Assembly (NCBI RefSeq): GCF_004010195.1
Contig: NC_057755.1
Span: 4,401,285-4,465,284, forward strand
From: Chiloscyllium plagiosum
Taxonomy: Eukaryota
Length of the DNA stretch: 64,000 nt
Direction: 5' to 3'
Both the position numbers and the translations under genes were made by a program. The notes under the pieces were generated by a model. That model had not been told where the DNA came from and ran no database searches. It saw nothing but the letters and a program-made list of their open reading frames with translations. Shown in pieces: positions 13,301-26,559 of the stretch (its first letter is position 1; each line of letters opens with the position of its first letter).

Positions 13301-16300
13301 TGAATGTCACCAAGAATGACTAATGCAGTGGTCAACTACATCAAAAAGGTTGACCAATTCATTTACAGAACAAATCTAAATGGTATTTATCGTCTAAAGA
13401 TGTTGTATGTCAGTTTAATTTCATTTGTACAATGGGCATCTCTACTAAGCCATGCCCCTTTCAGATAGATCATGTAGTAAGAGAGGAAAGGTGGGATGCT
13501 ATCCTTCACTTACAATTTGTTTATCGAAACTCATAATAACATATTTGGAGAGGATGAAGTTACGACTTTACTTCAGCAATGCACTCCCTGACGTCATTTA
13601 TCCTTCCAAATCCTAACATGTGGGTACGAATAGTTCTAAAGTGTTTACAGGATTATGGACTTCCTCCAACAATTCTTGAATATCCTATACAAATTGCTAC
13701 AACAGTAAGGGATGGGTGTGCACGGATTGGAGTGTAAAATTGCCTAAAAGTATCCTCTGTGCTATGCCTAAATTTATCAGTTGTCACTGTTTCCCTTAAG
13801 GAGGGAATGTGTCTCTGTTACCTCTGGTATTCAAACCCTTTGTGGGGTGGTTTACCACCACCAACTTCATTACGATACACCTAATTGCACTAATATTTTC
13901 CCAGTTGTTGGATGGGTAGAACCTTTCTGCGATGTCGACCACGTTTCTTATCAAAGAGACCCATCTCATTAGACTGAATAATTTCCAGCCTTTATGTTCG
14001 GACCAAACTATGTAATCAAGGATTACCCAGGTACCTCAGGAAGTCACAAAGATAGGCCCGCTTTTTATTGTGAAGGTCACTCCATTATCTATACTTAACC
14101 TGGATATTATTATTCAGGTATAGTAAGGCATCTTGTCCTGAATATAGCAAGTACTCCACATGTTGTAGCTGTAGAAGCATCATTTCCAACTCCTGTTCCC
14201 TGTCCAATTACCTGGCACCGAGATTCAAATTCCCGTGTTAAATTTTCAGTTTCCTCTGACTTTTGTGCAGAATGGAAGGATTTACTATCAAATAGTAAAA
14301 CTCACTCATTAACATATGCAGCNNNNNNNNNNNNNNNNNNNNNNNNNNNNNNNNNNNNNNNNNNNNNNNNNNNNNNNNNNNNNNNNNNNNNNNNNNNNNN
14401 NNNNNNNNNNNNNNNNNNNNNNNNNNNNNNNNNNNNNNNNNNNNNNNNNNNNNNNNNNNNNNNNNNNNNNNNNNNNNNNNNNNNNNNNNNNNNNNNNNNN
14501 NNNNNNNNNNNNNNNNNNNNNNNNNNNNNNNNNNNNNNNNNNNNNNNNNNNNNNNNNNNNNNNNNNNNNNNNNNNNNNNNNNNNNNNNNNNNNNNNNNNN
14601 NNNNNNNNNNNNNNNNNNNNNNNNNNNNNNNNNNNNNNNNNNNNNNNNNNNNNNNNNNNNNNNNNNNNNNNNNNNNNNNNNNNNNNNNNNNNNNNNNNNN
14701 NNNNNNNNNNNNNNNNNNNNNNNNNNNNNNNNNNNNNNNNNNNNNNNNNNNNNNNNNNNNNNNNNNNNNNNNNNNNNNNNNNNNNNNNNNNNNNNNNNNN
14801 NNNNNNNNNNNNNNNNNNNNNNNNNNNNNNNNNNNNNNNNNNNNNNNNNNNNNNNNNNNNNNNNNNNNNNNNNNNNNNNNNNNNNNNNNNNNNNNNNNNN
14901 NNNNNNNNNNNNNNNNNNNNNNNNNNNNNNNNNNNNNNNNNNNNNNNNNNNNNNNNNNNNNNNNNNNNNNNNNNNNNNNNNNNNNNNNNNNNNNNNNNNN
15001 NNNNNNNNNNNNNNNNNNNNNNNNNNNNNNNNNNNNNNNNNNNNNNNNNNNNNNNNNNNNNNNNTTTGTTTCAGACTCGCTTGTTTCCACTTAATTTTCA
15101 GTCTGCTGTGTTTTATTGGTGATCATTGGTTAGGACAGTTGTAGTCTTACTGAGGGAGTCCCCTCCCTCAATGACTATTGAAGTTTCAGTTCAATATTAG
15201 ATTGTGATAAATCATCTAACAAAATTACAACCCGATGGTTAATATCTGTGTCTTTGGATTCAGCCATTATTCATGCATTAGAAGTTTGCTTTTTCATTTG
15301 AATAGACAAAACCTTTTGAGGCAGCTTCTGTTATTTCACGACCTTTAGCATTGTAAATATGCAATGACTGGTCAGGACTAATCTTGGACTTTTTGGGTAA
15401 TTATAGTGGATATCAATGTTGGGAACCGTGTACATTTTACGTTTTAAATATTAAATGCTGAACAAATGAATTTACAATTTATATTGATGACTGAAAGAAA
15501 ATAACATGCTGCATGTTACTCAGATATATATTGTAAAAATAATTACCAGAGGTATATTACCACAGAGGAGATCTGTTCTCAAAACAAGAAAAGAGAACGA
15601 ACCACTCTTGATCCTCCAATGTCCACAAAAATAAATGAAAACTTGTTTTCCAGACTCTTCTTCAGCTGGATCCCCACTCAATAATGGACAAAGTATGCGT
15701 GGTAGCACTCCACTCAATATCCACACTACATTCTATCCACATCATTAGCCGTCCCTAACAAATCAAAAGGACTACTGCCTGACTTCAGCAGTCACCGCTG
15801 TCACCCAGAATTCCACCCTTTGGACAATAGGGACAGCCAAATACATCAAGGAATAGGTGGTAAATCAATCGCTATTTCTTTCGTAACATCACTGCTCCAT
15901 TGCCATGGAGTTAGCAGGCTCCATAATGTCACAGCCATGTGATACAGTGACCAGGACTATTGAAAGAGACAAATCACCTATTCAGTTATTCTCCTCTTGC
16001 AATTTTTGATTCGCTGAAAATTCAAGTCTGAAGAGTAGCTTTCAGATTATGACAATCAAGATTCCAAAATGTATAGTTAGCAACAGGCTTTAAAGTTAGA
16101 CAAACATAAATTGTTAAATTGTTTAAATAAGATTAAAATAAAATAGAGGCGAGGAGATCAACTACAGAAGGGAAGAGAATGATGCAATAACAAGGATAAA
16201 GCAGTAGAATACAGTTTTTAAAAATGTTTTTTTTTAGGTTCCTACACTAAATTACAGACAATGATTCATTTATTCATTACTTTATTATAATACTTGATAA

Positions 16301-17141
16301 TATTTATAATAATCAGTTGTATTCGCCCCAATCAAATTTCATTGGCAGCGCCGCTTGTTTTAACTCCATTGCACATTGTCAGTGACCTGTCTATTGCCTC
16401 ATGGCTAACTTAAAACATGGCTGCATCAATTTATTCTTAATTAAATAATGGAATATTGTCCAGTTGAAGACATTCTGCATGTGATTGGGGTATTGAACCA
16501 TGATGCAAGTTACAAGTAAACCAAATTGTATCCAGCGCCCTGATGATCCCAAAAGCCATATGCCAGTCCTGATATGGTTGATAGGAACCAGGATAACCAC
16601 TGGGGGCGGAACCTACCTCATGTACGTACCCGACGACCACTGCTGGACAACCTTTTCCCGAAAATGGGGACAGGCAATTCCCAGAACTAAACTTTGAGAC
16701 TAGAAACAAGAAAGCAAAATCTCCCATGGACATACGCCTGGCCCTTGCTTCAACTGTTGAAATGTGACCAATGCGGAGTAATAAGTTTTTAATGGTAGCT
16801 CGGAACTGATGTTGGGAATCGGCATGCTTTCGCCCTATCAAAAGGAAAATCTACAAATATACACTGACTCTTCATTCTGCTTTTAAAATGATCCTCGATG
16901 TTGGAGTTTTGTGGGAACATTGAAGATTTGTAACCCCCCCCAAGGGGGCAGTGTTATAGTAATGCTATTTTGTCCAACCAATCTGATGCTTTTCAGGATG
17001 ATTAGCTCATGCCAATAAAGCTGATACTGTTTCTAAAGTAGTGGGTAAGTATCTGCAGCTGCCAAGTCGGCCGGCTTTCACCGCAAACTTCTGATCCCAT
17101 TGGGTCCCCAGCAAAACGCGGTTCGACACAGAATAAGGACG
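10305..17141 (+). mobile_element. Highly decayed, internally deleted ERV-like remnant with duplicated 3' region
   Basis: Integrase C-terminal motif WEGP/FQVLLTTPT...*VHLPHCK (13025-13115), followed by Cys- and sequon-rich broken frames; direct repeats 10305-11878 and 16260-17141, each with aagggggcag followed by TGTTATAG. Confidence 0.6.
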
Positions 17142-17894
17142 NNNNNNNNNNNNNNNNNNNNNNNNNNNNNNNNNNNNNNNNNNNNNNNNNNNNNNNNNNN
17201 NNNNNNNNNNNNNNNNNNNNNNNNNNNNNNNNNNNNNNNNNNNNNNNNNNNNNNNNNNNNNNNNNNNNNNNNNNNNNNNNNNNNNNNNNNNNNNNNNNNN
17301 NNNNNNNNNNNNNNNNNNNNNNNNNNNNNNNNNNNNNNNNNNNNNNNNNNNNNNNNNNNNNNNNNNNNNNNNNNNNNNNNNNNNNNNNNNNNNNNNNNNN
17401 NNNNNNNNNNNNNNNNNNNNNNNNNNNNNNNNNNNNNNNNNNNNNNNNNNNNNNNNNNNNNNNNNNNNNNNNNNNNNNNNNNNNNNNNNNNNNNNNNNNN
17501 NNNNNNNNNNNNNNNNNNNNNNNNNNNNNNNNNNNNNNNNNNNNNNNNNNNNNNNNNNNNNNNNNNNNNNNNNNNNNNNNNNNNNNNNNNNNNNNNNNNN
17601 NNNNNNNNNNNNNNNNNNNNNNNNNNNNNNNNNNNNNNNNNTCCTTCTGCTCTTCTAGGAGGGGCCATGAGCTTAGTCTCTTTCCAATCTCCACAATCTC
17701 TGCAGTGATTGGGCTGGAGGATAATCTGAGGTGTGTGTGAAAGTCATATCGTTCAAACTCACTCAACACCAACCACTTCCAATCACACTGTGCACCGGAG
17801 TATGGTGGAAAAGTCTTATTGTTGCTCTCTGGAGCAGGCAGGAGTAATTTCTGATTAGTAATTCACTGCTTCTTTTCCTATTTGTCTTCCTCAG

Positions 17895-18790
17895 TTAATT
17901 TTCTGGCAATTGTTATCCTTTCCCGAGGTAAGTGTGGCGATTCCCCTTGCACTACTCGCTACCTAGTGGTTATGGCAGCTGCTGATCTAATGGTTATTAT
18001 CACTGATATTGTGCTGAGGAGATTTCGCCTTTATTATTTCCCACAGTGTTTCCTGGATATCACTCCTGTGTGTAGAGTTCTTGGGGTCCTGTGTCATACA
18101 GCCAGGGACTGCTCTGTTTGGTTCACCATCACTTTCCCCTTTGACTGATTTGTGACCATTTGTTGTCAGAAACTGAAATCAAAACATTGCACTGAAAAAA
18201 CCGTGACTGTGGTTCGAGCTACAATATACATCCTGCTCTGTTTGAAAAATATCCCCTTCCATTATCAATTTGAAACTCAAAGGATAATCAACAATGTTCT
18301 ATTCTATTGTGTAACAAAGTCAAGCTACTTTACTGTGTCTTGGTGGGTGGCATTAGATTGGCTTGATATGGTTTTGACCCCTTTACTGCGATTTACTTTG
18401 ATTCTGTTGCTCAATGCTCTGACAGTCAGACACATTTTAGTGACCAGCCGAGCCTGGAAGAGGCTGAAGGGTGAGAGCAAAAGAGAGAATCACAGAGACC
18501 CTGAGATGGAGACCAGAAGGAAATCTGTGACATTGCTATTCAACATCTCTGGGAGCTTCATCATCCTGTGGTTAATCAGTGTTGTCAGTTTTGTATGTTA
18601 AATGAATCAAGGAATCCCCCCAACACTTACTTGCCTCTATTAAATTACTTCTGTATTGTCGGCTACATGCTGCGGAACCTAAGTTGTTGCACAAACACAT
18701 TTATTTACGGAGTAAAATTGTCTCAGAGCAAAGATCATTAATGCAGTAAAATACCTGGCTGCACGGATTCCTTGTGTTATGAGAAAATAA
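17895..18790 (+). pseudogene. Pseudogene paralog of the GPR139-like GPCR exon 2
   Basis: Collinear with 39289-40184; CGA to TGA in the DRF motif (18146-18148), TAA at 18599-18601, and small frameshifting deletions near 18620 and 18723. Confidence 0.92.
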
Positions 18791-20039
18791 ACCTCCTCAA
18801 GGACGACCAGCAGGGATGGTCCTGTTGTTCCCAAACCATGATTTTTTTTTCATTTCATCCTGGGATGTGGGGCATCACTTGCTGGGTCAGCATTTATTAT
18901 TTGCCCCTCGTTGCTCCATGAGATGGTGGTGTTCAGATGCATTCTTGAGCCAATGCAGACCCAAAGGAAGGGAATTCCAGGATGTTGACCCAGTCACACT
19001 AAAGGAACGGTGATATATTTCCAAGTCAGGATGGTGAGAGGCTTTGACAGGAAGTTTGCAGATGGTGCTGTTCCCAAGTATCAGCTGCCCTCGCCGTTCT
19101 AGATGAAAGTGGCTGTGGGTTTGGAAGGTACTACCTGAGGATCTTTGTTGAATTTATGCAGTGCATTTTTTAAATAGCACACGCTGCTGCTACTAAGTGG
19201 AGGTGAGAGCAGTGGGGATTTGTATATGTGGTGCTAGTCAAGCGGCTGCTTGATCCTGGATGGTGTCAAGCTTCTTGAGTGTTGATAGAGTTGCACCATC
19301 CAGGCAATTGGGGAGTATTCCATCACAATTCTGACAGAAAGTTCCTGTCCCACAGCAGACAGCAGCGAACTTGCAGATTCCCTATCATAGCACAATGTAA
19401 AGGAATTGTAAAGGGAAATGAAATTTCATACCAGGTAATTTGTATCAGCTTCGAACTCTGTGTAAGTCTCCATCGAAATCAAATCCTTCACAGGTTTCAG
19501 AAGATAATACATAGGATAGTTATTCAGGAAATGCTCCACTAATAAGTATGTTGTCTGACTACTCTGTCCAATTCAAAATAACCCATACCAGTGTCATGCA
19601 CAGCTACGTTATGAGCTATTTTAATGTGAGAAATTGTGACAGGCAAGTACATGACATTGTGAGATCCCACCTACTAAACATTCATTTCTGCAACAACATT
19701 GTCTAGATTCAGAACAAAGTTCAATATTACCTAGTTATGAATAAATAGACCTAATTACAAATGGCTGAGCTTCCTATTTGCCATCATTAACCTCCTAATT
19801 CCAATGGACTGCTCCTCCAATAAATTCCCAAAGCAGAAATTTCCTATCATGGAGTGAAGAATCGAAAAAGTGAAACGAAACTCCCTTGTGTTGGAAGTGA
19901 TACAATGCCACCCTCTGTTGGACATACCACACCATTGTGGAGGGGGTTGTGGAGAAACACAACCTTCAAGTATTCAATAAGAGATGTACAGAGGGCAACA
20001 GCTCAGAGCACCATCGAAACTGACAGCCCCATCCCACGC

Positions 20040-20660
20040 GCGCGCATGCACACATATACACATGCATGCACACATACACACACGCACGCACACACATGCA
20101 CACACACACACACATGCAAACACACACATCCTCTCAAGCACGCAAACACACACACCCTCCCTATCTCCCACACAAGCACACACACTCTCACTTTCTCTTC
20201 TGCACACATATATAAGTCTATGGGCGAATTTGCATATTTGTATTTGCAGATACATTCTATTTTGTTGAAAAAGCACACAGACACAATCTGTTGGCAGGCA
20301 GTCAGGTGACGTTTTATAAATTCCTATTTTGGAAATACAACAAGTTTAACCCAAGATTGGGATGCGGACAGATTCTAACTTCAGTCCTTTGATGCATTTT
20401 CTGAGCTGAGATGTCACTTGTTTTTCTAAAACCTTAAGTTATCTCAGGACTGTGACTTGAAAGAAATTCTGGGATTTACATATTAATCACTCAAAGCCTG
20501 CATCCCACACACGCACACGCACGCACACATACACACACACATGCACACACACATATACACACACACATACACACATACACGCACACACATACACACATGC
20601 ATGCACACACGCACATACACATACACGCACACACACGCATGCACACACACACACACACAG
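20040..20660. repeat. Two imperfect (CA)n microsatellites (20040-20200, 20505-20660)
   Basis: Direct inspection. Confidence 0.9.
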
Positions 20661-22089
20661 AAGGCTGGCGTGCAGAGAGTTGCAATTGGACTGAATTTCT
20701 TCACCATGGAAACCGCTCATGTGTAGAAATAATGGGGAAATGCTTTGTCTTTGAGCAGTATTCCTGATATCATACACATCAAATAGAATGTTTCTACTGC
20801 AGTTGTATCCAGGCACCTCCATGTGAATCACTTCATGAGGAGACGCGATTAATTTTACTGCACTTTTTTGCAGCTTGCAATGTTTTCCGACAGAATCACG
20901 AATTCCAAATGAAAAAGGATTGAAAGGTGAACGAGGTCAGCACTGGGCATGTTCACCTTCGTCTTCTCATATTTTAGGACAACTTCGCAAATGATCGGAC
21001 AAAACTACTCTCTGTTTTCACCGGCATTCTTTGAAGAATGAAACTAATGTGCAATGTGAGAGACCCACACTGATGTGTCCTGTACAAACACTTTCTGTTT
21101 GTGCAGTGGCCTGGGGAGTCCAGAAGAGGGCGGCATTTGATCAATTCAAACACAAGAGGGACAGCGAGGAAGCACGTGTGAGAGAGACTCTTCCACATTT
21201 GACATTTCAATTCATTCATTCAAAATTCCATCAGGGACAAAGGGATTTCCATTGTCGGCAGAGAGAAACACCCACATACACACACGCAGACATGCATATA
21301 GACGCATGCATCAACATTGTCACTGTGAAAACAAGAGGGAAAAACACAGACAGAAGGGCTTGGTGGTGAAACAGGAATAGAACAACCCATAGAGTACTTC
21401 TCTTTGAAACAATGGCAGTCTTTGGAAAAATACGGTCTGATAGGAAAAGGGTCTTTGGGATTTCTCTTGATTTTTCAATGCTTTGAAGTCTGTGTCCAAC
21501 AGAGAACAATGAAATGCAAAGTGACATTGATCATAATCCACTGGGCTTCATTGGAAAGTTCAAATGAAAAATGCTAGACTCTTCCAATGGAGTCTTTTGG
21601 TGGAACCATTTAATATAAAGATCCTACTCTTTGCTATAAAACTTAAAAGTAACGGCTGCTGTATTGTCCCAAGTGTCAAATGCTAGAGTAAGTGAAAGGC
21701 TTATGGAATGCTAAGATTGTATAATGTTGTGAGAGGGAGAAAGAATAAATGTATTGTAGTCTAGAATTTTAATTTTTATACATCATGTATTTTGTAAGGA
21801 AATGAGTTTTTGAAATGGCATTTCAGTTTTCTAAAGGCAGAGACACATGGCGTACAGAATTCTGGTGCATCGACACCATCTAGTGATCAGAATAAATAGA
21901 AGTGAACGGGACCTGATGGCTCAAAATCGTGGAATTCCCTCCCTAAGGCCATTGTGGGTCGACCTCCAGCACTTGGACTTCAGTAGTTGAAGAAGGCAAC
22001 TCACCACCACCTTCTCCAAGGATAAGTAGGGATCGGTAATAAATTCTGACCAGCCAGTGACACCCATATCCCACCAATGAATAAGAATA

Positions 22090-23865
22090 CAGTGGTAATC
22101 CTGTGAGTTCTAGACACCTTATAACTCCTCGGTATATGTCCAGGACTGATTCATAGTGACCATATTCATTTGTTGTGATATCTGCTATTTGCAGCCTGCA
22201 ATCATAACCATCAGTATCCTGAGATATATAAAGATGAGTGCACATACCTCGGAACACACTTTGATGTGAGAGTTCATGGATGACAGGCTATGGGCATTAT
22301 GATGGCCTGTTCATTCACATTTACTTCAGGCTGGTTCCTGTCAATGTCCCTGTCTCTTCATAGTATATGAGAGGGTGTCGTGATAACCCATCCATCTATC
22401 TTTTTTAGATAATTCCAATATTTTCGACTTCAAAGATCCTCATCCCAATTTTTTCCCTCAGGATAATTGGAATCAGTGGTACCCAGCCCAGTGCCTCCCT
22501 GAGAGTGTCCATGCAGCTGTCATTAAACCAGACCTTGGTGAGCTGCTGTAACTGAGAGTGAGAGGTGGTCACGTGGGTCTTCTCCTGGAACAAATGGTCA
22601 CGCTGCTTATGACTAATCCGGGACAGGCCTTTCCTTTGGTCAGCCTGCCTGAGGTCCTCCCTCAGCTGTTCCATCAGACCGTTGTTGTAAGTAATGCACA
22701 GGGAGTGGTTTTCCTGCTCACCACCATCCCTGATTAGGCCCTGGATCTTCTGATTAATTGTCTTGGAGTGACCTCCAGAATGCTAATTAAGTGATGGCCA
22801 GCCTGATTCTCCACTGGCTGTCCCATAGTTTCCTGTTGATTTCTGTGTTCAGTCCATCTTGGGCTCAATTACTTGTTGGTCAGGATCCTGAGTTATTCTC
22901 CAAATTAGCCAAGTCAAGGGCATTGACCGGTGACACTCCTGCCCCGTATGCTGTGGCTAGATCATTAAGGGGTTCCCTTCTCTTTCGTGTTAACCACTGG
23001 TCTGAGTTTTCCCTTATATTTCCCTGTCCCTCATCCTATTATCCTGTGGATCAGGTGGCAATGTACTCATTTTAATGGGGAAGGACCCAACCCTGGTAAC
23101 TTTATCTATGATATTGTGATTACAATTGGTATTAATCTGTAGTGAATGTTATTGACATCTGGAGATGTTCTCATTGGAAGTTCTCATTGAGAACAGTATC
23201 TGGTGGTGAGGGGAAATGAAAGAGAGTCCCCTTTCTGCGGCTGCCTACCAGCTGGATGGCTGCCAATGTGTTTTGGTGTGTCATGTGACATCAGCTCGTT
23301 GTCGCTGGGTATCCACAGGATTCATGGGATCTGGCTTGGGCTGTGCGTCGGGGGGTTGGGGGAATGAGTGCTTAAGGTGCAGGAAGCTGGGAGAAAGGCA
23401 GTGGGTGGTCCCCATCTGTGGGCGGGTGTAGATGTGTCTGTGTGGGGCCTCTCCCTATCTCCCTGGGGAAGTAGGACCTCAGAGGCCCACATTATACCAT
23501 TCTGGGCGATATTTGGTTCGCTAGGGATTGTACTTGGTCCTGGTCCTTCCTACTAGGGCCTAATGTGCTTTGCTCAGTGTTGCAGTCAGACAGGACACGT
23601 GCAGCTGCTTGGAGCTCCTTACACTCTCCTTCAAGCTTGTCACTGTATCCTGAGGCTGTTTCTCGGTCCCTAGTGTCCCTTCTCTCACTGGGATTGGATC
23701 TTTCCAATTGGAACTGGAGGTGTTCCGTGTGGGGAAGGTTTTCCTGCAACGTTCTGAACTGTTCATTGTGTAAGAGCTCTCGCCCTGTCGCAGTCTGTAG
23801 TTTTCCCTGGAGTGAATTAATCTCACCTGTTTTATCCTGATCGAGCTCCTCCAGGATCTAGACAG
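22090..23865 (-). mobile_element. Remnant LTR element with coiled-coil gag-like ORF and env/fusion-protein-like pseudogene
   Basis: Coiled-coil frame 23492-23860; RKRR (22987-22976) followed by EPLNDLATAYGAGVSPVNALDLANLEN; downstream QENHSLCI and IFEVENIGII; no pol or LTR recognised. Confidence 0.55.
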
Positions 23866-24029
23866 CAGCAGCAGAATACGAGGTTCTTCATGACGAATCG
23901 ATAAAGAGACCCTAATTTAAGTGGGGAGATGTTGTAGGAATTTCGGAGTGTTTGTGTGTAACATTTGCAGTCCCCAGCAGCAGTGGGCCTCATACAGTGA
24001 CTCTATGTGTGTGTGTTCCCCTTTGTCAG

Positions 24030-26020
24030 CATTTCACCCATATCTCTCTCAACCCTTCCTATTTATATACCCAGCCAGATATATTTTTAATGCCATAACT
24101 GCACCAGCCTTCACCACTTCCTCTGGAAGATCATTCCATATGCACACCACACTCTGCATGAAAATTTGCCCCTTTGGTCTCTTTTATATCTTACCCTTCT
24201 CACCCTAAACCTCGACTCTCCCACCCCAGGTAAAATACGTTGTCTGTTTGCCCAATCATGGCCTTCATGACTTAAGTAAACTCTCTAAGGTGACCCTTCA
24301 GCCTCTGATTCTCTAAGAAAAACAGCCCCAGCATGTTCAGCCTCTCCTTGTAGCTCAAATCCTCCAACCTTGGCAAAATCCTTGTAATTTTGTTTCTGAA
24401 GCTTTTCATGTTTCACCATATCCTTCCATTAGGAAGGAGACCAGAATTTCACGCAATATCCAAACATGGCCGAACCAATGTCCTGTACAGCCGCAACATG
24501 ACCTCCCAACTCCTGTACTCAGTGCTCTGACCAAGGAAGGAAAGTATACAAAATACCTTCTTCACTACCCTATCTGCCTGCGACTCCAATTTCAGGGAGG
24601 TATTAACCTGCACTTCAAGGTCTCCTTGTTCAGCAACACTCCCTAGGACTTTTCCATAATGTCTGTAAGTCCTGGAAAGATTTGCATTTCCAAAATGTGG
24701 CATCTCACATTTGTCTGAATTAAACTCCATCTGCCACTTATCAGCCCATTAGCCCATGTGATCAAGATTCTGTTGCAATTTGAGGTAACCCTCTTTGTTG
24801 GCCACTGCACCTCCAATTTTGGTAACATCTGCAAACTTACAAACTTCACCTCTTGTACTCACTTCCAAACCATTTATATAAATAATGAAAGGTAGTGTAC
24901 CAAGCACTGATCCTTGTGACACACCAGTGGACACAGGCCTCCATTCTGAATACCTTCAACTCTCCACCACCACCCTCAGTCTTCTACGTTCTGAACCAGT
25001 CCTGTATCCAAATGGCTCGTTTTCCCAGCATTCCATGAGACCTGACGTTGCTAACCAATGTCCCATGAGGAACCCTGTCAAACACCTTACTGAATACCAT
25101 ATAGATCATGTCCACCACTCTGCCCTCAGCAATCCTCTTTGTTAATTCCTGAAAAAACTCAATCAAGTTTATGAGACATGATTTCCCATGCATAAAGCCA
25201 TGTTGACTATCCATAATCAGTCATTGCCTTCCCAAATGCATCTGCATCCTATCCCTCAGGATTTCCTCCAACAACTTGCCCACCACCGATGTAATGCTCA
25301 CTGATCTATATTTCTCTGGGTTGTTCTTACCACCTTTCTTAAATATTAGCATCACGTTAGCCAACCTCCAATCTTCTAGCACCTCACCTGTCAATATCGA
25401 TGACACAAATATCTCAGCAAGGAGCCCAGCAATCATTTCCCCAGCTTCCCACAGAGTTTGAGGTTACACCTGACCATGTCCTGGGGGTTTATCCACTTTT
25501 ATGCATTTCAATACATCCAGCATCTCTTCTTCTGTAATATGTACATCTTAAAAAAAAACATTTCCATCTGTTTTCCCATGTTCTATATCTTCATTGTCCT
25601 TTTCCACAGTAAATACAAATGCAAAGTATTCATTCAGTATCTTTGCATTCTTCTGTGGTTCCACACAAAGGCTGTCTTGCTGATTTTGAGAGGCCCTATT
25701 CTCTCCCTAGTTATCCCTTTGTCCTTAATGTATTTGTAAAAATTCTTTGGATTCTCCTTAACTCTAGTTGCCAAAGCTATCACATGTCCCCCTTTTTCCC
25801 TCCTGATTTCCCTCTTAAGTATACTCCTACTGCCTTTATACACTTCTAAGGATTCTCTTGATATCTCCTATCTATATCTGCCATATGCTTCCTTCTTTTT
25901 CTTAAACAAAACCTCAATTCCTCCCATCATTAGTATTCCCTACATCTACCAGCCTTTCATTTCACTCTAACAAGGATGTACTGTCTCTGTTCTCTTGTTT
26001 GAAGCCTTTCCATTTTCCAA
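24030..26020 (-). mobile_element. CR1-clade LINE, 3' portion of ORF2 (degenerate)
   Basis: SQHGFMHGKSCLINLIEFF, FSKVFDRVPH, GVSQGSVLG, KFADVTKIGG, LYRTLVRP. Confidence 0.92.
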
Positions 26021-26559
26021 CCTTTATAGTGTGCTCCAGTGTACATTATCATGTGTGTATAGCTCAATGTAATTCAGCTTGCTGACTTTACCTGTGTGTC
26101 TTCGTGTGTCGTAATACTCTATTCATATGTGGAATAAACTTGCTCATTTGTTCAAACATCTTGTGTTAATTTTTGGGACAAATCTGCACCAACTTGTGCA
26201 AAGACCTTGTGCAAAATTCTTGTGTAAATTTGTGTTGTAACCGAGTATTGTGGCTGCTCTGTGTTTGAAACTGCAGCTTTGTGTCCGTGTGCATTCCAAG
26301 TCTGGGTCCAGTGGGAGTGAGGGAAGGATAGGGTCAGACTGGGACAGCCCTGGGGTAAAGAATTGACCTGATGCTTTCTCCCTCGCTAATCCCATAAAGA
26401 ACATATTACTGCTCTCGCTGTCTCTGTCACAATGAACAAGGCCCAAGAGACACTATCCTTGATGAGATGTTCTCTCAACCTGTCCATTGATGCCATCAGT
26501 CTGTGTTTTCCCAGGCATTCCTGCTCCTGAAAACCCCTTTGTGACCTGAATGTCATCAT

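Noticed and set aside
19854..20831. His/Thr- and Cys/Val-rich ORFs
   Set aside because: Translations of (CA)n/(GT)n microsatellites.
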